Positions 57,521 to 64,000 of a DNA stretch of 64,000 nt are shown here, piece by piece (within the stretch, counting starts at the first letter, position 1; every line of letters begins with the position of its first letter). Source of the stretch: Octopus vulgaris (taxonomy: Eukaryota); assembly GCA_951406725.2 (NCBI GenBank), contig OX597814.1, positions 93,682,001 to 93,746,000 of the forward strand, read 5' to 3'. Below the pieces are notes generated by a model, which had not been told where the DNA came from, did not search any database, and saw only the letters and a list, made by a program, of their open reading frames with translations. A program made the position numbers and the translations under genes.

Positions 57521-58824
57521 AATTCAATACTGTATGTATTTTTCAGGCTAAAATTATGTCATTAATGAGTCATAATTTTATTACCAAAATTATTAACAGG
57601 AAACATATATATCGACTAAAATATATAAGTTACTTTTCATAATATAAGTTGTAACAGGAATGGGATTTCAAGTGTTGCCAAGTTAAAAAATTAGAAGCAA
57701 AGAAAAGTGAGAGGAAGGTGGGTGGGAAGGAGATAGAAAGACAGACAGAGAGAGAGAGAGAGGGGGGGAGAGAGAGAGAGAGGGGGAGAGAGAGAGAAAG
57801 AGAGGGAGCATGACACTAAGTGTGGGTTTAACTCAAGGAACAATTACAAGATTGATTGTCCAAACCTGTATTCAGCACATAGACCAGTTCAACATGATAG
57901 AACAATATCCGTTCATTTTCCCGAAAATGACAAACCAGCATCTATTGATTTTGGAATTGACAATTATGTAAGTACATCTTTTAGAGCAGCTGAGTGCTAC
58001 ATCTGAATAAATGAAGTTTTATCTACGAATGTTTATTCAAGAGTGTTTGAATAATCTTTAAATATTTAGATAGTAAGCAGAACGTTTTATCTTAAGACTA
58101 GAGAGAGGTAATTTACTTCATCAAAATGTACAGCCGCTCTCAAATAGGAAATTATCTTTTAGCAATAAACTCTATAGTAGGAAGTCAACTTTGCATATAC
58201 AATGCAACCAATTAACTCATCCGAACCTTACCGCCTGTAAAACAGGTATATAAAGCCCATCTCCATATCACATTCGGTTCACATAAATAAAGACATAATA
58301 AAATAAATATACAGTTTGGTACCATCTGGTATCGCGTTCATCAATGGGTTATCTGGGGACATTCCAGTGTTATTTGCATGCTAATGGTGTTGCTGAGAGC
58401 GATAAAAAATGCGCTTGTTTCTTACGCCTATCTAATACTTCTATATCAAGCGTTACTGTATGTGATGAGGAAAAACTGTACAGAATCGGAATCAGCACCA
58501 AGAAGGCATTCATTCTGATGTAAAAAAAAAACGGTTGTCGACAAGGGAGTATTCTTTTCTAATTTGCATATTAATTTCTAGCACTTTGTGTATAAACTTT
58601 GAAATTTAGCTCGTATGTTATGGGTTGAGTTTTCGCTCCATACATACATACATACACACGTACATACATACACACATACATACATACATACATACATACA
58701 TACATACATACATACATACATACATACATACATACATACATACACACACACGCACAGACACAGATATATAATATTATGTGTCCGTGTGTGTGTCTATGCG
58801 TCTGTGTTTGTGCGTGTGTATAAA

Positions 58825-58861
<37 letters not shown>

Positions 58862-58990
58862 TAAAAAGAATTCCAACCTTGTCTGATTTTCACGTTTTAT
58901 TTACAATCTTATAATGATATATTATAAGATAATATATTATAATTGAATAAAATAAAATGAAATAGTAGAATGTTAAATATTCATTCTGAT

Positions 58991-59035
58991 TGAACTAGTA
59001 CTTTCATGCATTGAATTCTGCAATCTTCGGGTTCA
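58991..59035 (-). ncRNA. Minimal hammerhead ribozyme in the Penelope 3' pseudo-LTR (CCGAAGA core)
   Basis: Minus strand TGAAC-CCGAAGA-T-TGCA-GAATTCAA-TGCA-T-GAAA-GTAC-TA-GTTCA. Perfect 5-bp stem I and palindromic stem III (AGTACT). Confidence 0.75.
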
Positions 59036-59098
59036 TGTAGTAGTGTTGACAGTCATGCTTCACAATTTTTGACTGTAGCAAGATGAGTGATTCTGTGC

Positions 59099-59215
59099 TA
59101 TAAATACAGCTGGGTAGGCTCCAGAGTGCTAGGTTTTGCAAACTGTATTCTGACCAATCAGTGTGTAGTATCACTCAATTACTTAAGCTGATTGGTTGGT
59201 TGAGCTGATTGGTTT
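59099..59215 (-). promoter_or_regulatory. Putative pseudo-LTR Pol II promoter (CCAAT boxes + TATA-like)
   Basis: Minus strand has CCAATCAG twice and one reversed copy, then TATTTATA about 65 nt upstream of the hammerhead. Confidence 0.45.
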
Positions 59216-60527
59216 AGGCATCACGCTTTGTTGGACAGGTCAAGAGTCCTGTATCTTGACCCTGGCCGAAGCAGCAATTGTTGGGTTATTTTTAGAAATG
59301 TTGTAAATATCCTTTGTCAGAGATTTTTATATTTTTATATTTCAATTGTCATCATCATCATTGTCAGCACCTTAATTATTGTTGCTAGTGGTGATGGTGG
59401 TGGCAATAGAACTTTTAACCCTAAATAAGATAATTTTCCTGCTATCTTCGTCTTGATCACCTTTAGTATTGTTGTTGTTGTTAGTGGTCATGGTCGTAGC
59501 AGTGGAAGTAATACCTCTAAGTATTATTATTATTGCTTATTTAGCTTGGGTTCGAATTTATCAATAAAATTCTTTTCTCTGATTTTCCTCTCGATTTCAC
59601 TTGGGCTGTGTAATTTGTAGAATGGAAATATTATATATATTTTCCGACCACATGTTGCTAGGTGGTTACTCAAAGGTATCTGACGGACCTCTGGGTCTCT
59701 AATCTGTTGCCGGTGTACACGTGAGCGTTCTAATAGTGCGTTTCCCGTCTGACCTACATATATTTCTTCACAATTTGGGCATTTGATGCAGTAAATTAAA
59801 TTTCTGCTTTTGCAGTTCATATTCGCGTTTGTGAATATTTTCCCGGTTTTTGTGTTTATATATTGACCGGTATGTATGAATTGGCATGTGCCACATCGGC
59901 TATCATTGCATTTAGATACCGTGAATGTTTGGTCTTTGTTGCTGAGGTCAAATTTTGCCTTTGTTAGTAATGTTTTCAAGTTTTTAGGCTGTCTTTTACT
60001 AAGCACCATAGCTCGATCCTTGATTATGTCTTTTAATTCATTACTTTGGGCAATGATTGGTAGGTTTGCTTTGGCAATGTTGAAGATATTCTGGTGACAT
60101 GGGTTGTGTGTCACTATGAATGGTATGACTTGTTCTTGTTTTCCTCTTCCTTGGGTTGTCCTAAGTTGTTGTATAGGTATTTTTATAGCCCGCTGTATGC
60201 CATTTTCTATAAGTAGAGATGGGTATTTTTGTTTGAGCAAAAATTCTCTTAGTTCTATTAGGCGTTTGTTCCTGATATTTGCATCTTCTACAATAGTACA
60301 AATTCTTCTGGCTAGGCAGTATGGGATGTTACGTTTTGTATGTGGTGGATGGCACGACTTAAAATTTAGGTATTGATGTGTGTCTGTGTGTTTATAGTAT
60401 ATATCTGTGGTGATGGTGGTGTCTTTTTTAATTACCATTATATCCAGGAATGGTAATTTGGTACTACACATCTCCTTTGTAAATTTGAGAGATGGGTGTA
60501 GGTTGTTCAGGAGGATATTGAACTCTT

Positions 60528-60773
<246 letters not shown>

Positions 60774-60919
60774 GATTGCATATGTGCATGCACAACAGAA
60801 TACCGACATCCGACATGAATATAATGTTTTTATGATACATTCTGACAAAAAATATAATTATGGTTGATGAATACGTATAAGAGACAACTGCATTTATCGA
60901 ACTTTACCTGTTTTGCCAG

Positions 60920-60997
60920 ACATATCTCTTATGTACAAAAGCTTATCTTGCACATGGAAAAGATGGTTACGACATGTTCAAAGATTGTGAGTTTATG
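60920..60997 (+). CDS. 5'-nucleotidase-family exon H
   Basis: gccag acceptor and GTAAAT donor. TYLLCTKAYLAHGKDGYDMFKDCEFM, with the G-x-D-G-Y motif. 78 nt, phase 0 to 0. Confidence 0.9.
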
Positions 60998-61577
60998 GTA
61001 AATATCCAATTTCCTTATTTTGTTATCTTGTCTCTTTAATTATATAATGTTATTTTCGTTTCTGATTTTTATCATTGCATCACAAAATTCATCTGGTGGA
61101 GATGAAAACCAAAAACTAAATTTGGTTAGGGTTATGAGAAACAGAAGCAAGTATATTTTTATATAAAACAAGACCGTTGAGGATGTTTTGTAGTAGCAGA
61201 GGGCAAATAGCAATCAGTTACATTTGAATTGAAATAAAAACGACACACTGGAATAGGTAATCCTAGATTACCTATTTAAAATGATGTTAAATTCATAGTG
61301 GAGATATCTTTCTTAGTTTGATCAGGGCTGACCCCAGAAATAAACAATAATGACAACATCATCATCAACAACAATATCAGCAATAACAACAACTGAACCA
61401 ATAGCATGAAGATCGATATTTCGACTACATTTTTCTAACATTTGTTAAAAGCTAACTTAGATTTATCCAAAAGAAGAAAAATGAGTGCATGATTACTACT
61501 TACAAAGGTACAAATGGACTTGAAAACAAGTTTCTTCTGTCACATAAATAAGTTGCAAGATTTGTAAGATATAATTG

Positions 61578-61625
<48 letters not shown>

Positions 61626-62389
61626 TGTGTAAATACTAGCATATGAAATCGTTGGTAGCACTATTGACATTGACAAATAAAGCGCACATGCACGCGCACA
61701 CACATATTGCAGGATCACTGGCTTAGTATTAGCATATGGAAAATGAATCAACCTTCTGCCTTTGGATTCAAGTAGTGAAATTGGATTACAGACTTGACTA
61801 GTTAAAATGTTATCTTCCCTGGTGTACTGGAAATGTTTACTTTAATAGAGAGCATCAAACTACTTTACGAGAGTGAGTATAGTAAGATCTCAGGTATCAG
61901 CAAGCCGAGCCCAATACCTTTGTGATTTCTGTTTTCTCTTCAGTTTTTCCACTTTCGTCCAATAGGGAACACTATACACGCCACATCTATTCTTGTACTC
62001 CCGTTGTTGATGGGGATTATAAATATTTTTTACACATATAACTCATTGTGTAACATTAAGATTTTGACTAAATGTACGACTTTAGTACGTAGAACAAAGA
62101 TTTATCTACAAGAATATTATTTAGTTGCATAGTCCGGATATTGTCATTATAATAAAACTAAACCTTATCAAATGCTGTTGAATATCTGTTTTGTTCTCAG
62201 TCAACATTCTTTTAAATGGCTATCATTTCCAAACCGAAAAATAATTGCTTACCACTTAAAACATAAATCATCATCAACCCCCAAATAATTCTTTCTAACG
62301 TAGATTTGATTTACTTTCTATTTGAATGCCGATTGTCTCATATTTAATAAACGTATCAATTAAAATTGTATTTGCTTTTTTACACATAG

Positions 62390-62514
62390 GTTAATGAAGA
62401 TGAAGGTCCTGTTTTATCGACTGCTGTGAGAAACCACTTTGAATCCGTTCAAATGATTCAAGGTATCAAATCATGTCGATCTGGACATCGTCAGTCACTA
62501 ATTGGTCTCGTCAG
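62390..62514 (+). CDS. 5'-nucleotidase-family exon I
   Basis: catag acceptor and GTTCGT donor. VNEDEGPVLSTAVRNHFESVQMIQGIKSCRSGHRQSLIGLV(R). Open at the donor, so the gene continues downstream. Confidence 0.82.
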
Positions 62515-63010
62515 GTTCGTAGCTTGCTATTTTGTATAGAATTTCTTTGAAAGTACATAAATTCATTTGAATTAAAAGGCTTTTTCTTGCTTTGAACCTT
62601 CGACGCCTGAAAGAGTTGTAAGGATGCTGTCGTGAAATACGGTGTGATTCCACACTTAAATCTTGCAAGAAACCGTTTTCCTTCAGGTCTGAGGATAGCC
62701 AATTTAGTCCGGAGAAGGAGTAAATGTGAATGATCAAATCTAAAATGGTTGTTGATTTCTCTAACTCAGGGCAGTTCGAGGTACACTTGCCTGCGGCAGG
62801 ATTTGAGCCAAGAGGAATACAGCAAATTATTCTAGAGACACTTATGATATGCCGCCAAATGAGGAAACATTGAAAGTAAAAGTAGTTGCATACAGAAATG
62901 AATTACACAAATACTAAATGTTATATATTTGTATGTACGTATGCATGTATATATGTATATGTATATATATGTATGTATATATCTTTTTATATCTACATAC
63001 GTATGTATAC

Positions 63011-63065
<55 letters not shown>

Positions 63066-63140
63066 TGTGTATATGTGTATAAATATATATATGTATATAT
63101 ATTATACATGGTGTATATAAAATATATATATATTTTATAT

Positions 63141-64000
63141 ACAGACACCACAGACACCAACACCAACACACACACCACAAAAATATTTCTACTGAATGTA
63201 GGAGGGCTGCTGCGCGGAAACTGTAAAAATAAAATTTCATTCCTGAGAGACCTTGTGACATGCAATCAAGCTATATGCATGGCACTCACAGAAACGCATC
63301 TTGAACCCGATATAGGTGATGCAGAAATACACATTCCGCAATATGCAGTCATACGCACAGATAGAAAAGGGAGGAGCCATGGTGGAGTTGCAATGTACAT
63401 CCGAGATGACCTCACGCCCCAGGTCCTGCTGTCATATTCAAACTCAGTATGTGAAACTCAAATTGTACACATAAGACAACTGAATATCGTCATATGCACT
63501 ACATATCGCCCACCAGACGCCCCAAAACACTCAGGCATGTTTGAAGACTGCCTAACAAAAATAGGAGAAGTCCTCACCAACCTTGAACAAGACAACAGTG
63601 TATTCTTCATGGGTGACTTTAACCTCCCCAATGTGGAATGGCCTGGGGGGCAGATGCTCCCAAGGATGACACACCATCAGCAGGCACAGGTGGAGTCCCT
63701 GCTCCATCTCACAAATACCTCTTTCATGGAGCAAATAGTTCTGCAACCAACAAGGGCAGATAATATACTGGATCTCTGCTTCACAAACAATATGGATATT
63801 ATCCATAATGTTAATGTGATGCCGACAATGATCTCGGATCACAACATAATAGAGCTGTCTATGCATGGAACAAAAGACCCCGCAGACACACAGCCTATAC
63901 GAAGCACCCACCATCTCTCCAACTTAAACTTTCATAAAGCCAACTGGAAGTCGATTGAAAAAGAGATCCTCAAACAGGATTGGCCTGAATGTCTCTCCAC
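63141..64000 (+). mobile_element. CR1/Jockey-group LINE APE endonuclease domain, open frame running off the window
   Basis: [54 protein letters not shown]. No stop from about 63183 to 64000, which is why the ORF track missed it. Confidence 0.92.

Overview
This is AT-rich, repeat-saturated eukaryotic DNA, most likely from a coleoid cephalopod (Octopus-type). That call rests on the tRNA-derived SINE families and the (TA)n/(AAT)n/(TACA)n microsatellite profile, and is an inference from recall, not a search. The only host gene I can support is a + strand 5'-nucleotidase-family metallophosphoesterase. Nine GT-AG exons between 33392 and 62514 (about 1.2 kb, about 400 aa) splice in a consistent frame; its 5' and 3' exons were not found in the window. 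Most of the rest is microsatellite and mobile-element debris: R4/Dong-like RLE LINEs in (TAA)n tracts, a decayed Tx1/L1-like element, RTE, CR1/Jockey-like, Penelope-like (GIY-YIG), Ty3/Gypsy and mariner remnants, a mariner MITE and many SINEs. Almost all ORFs in the supplied track are microsatellite artefacts. The strongest hidden signal is at least seven minimal type-I hammerhead-ribozyme-like motifs, most with non-canonical cores. One sits behind a CCAAT/TATA module at the 3' end of a Penelope element, and another is fused to a tRNA-like Pol III head, forming a SINE-ribozyme composite. Also present are two long fold-back palindromes, a 2.5-kb tandem duplication that may be an assembly artefact, and a higher-order minisatellite in an RTE 3' UTR.
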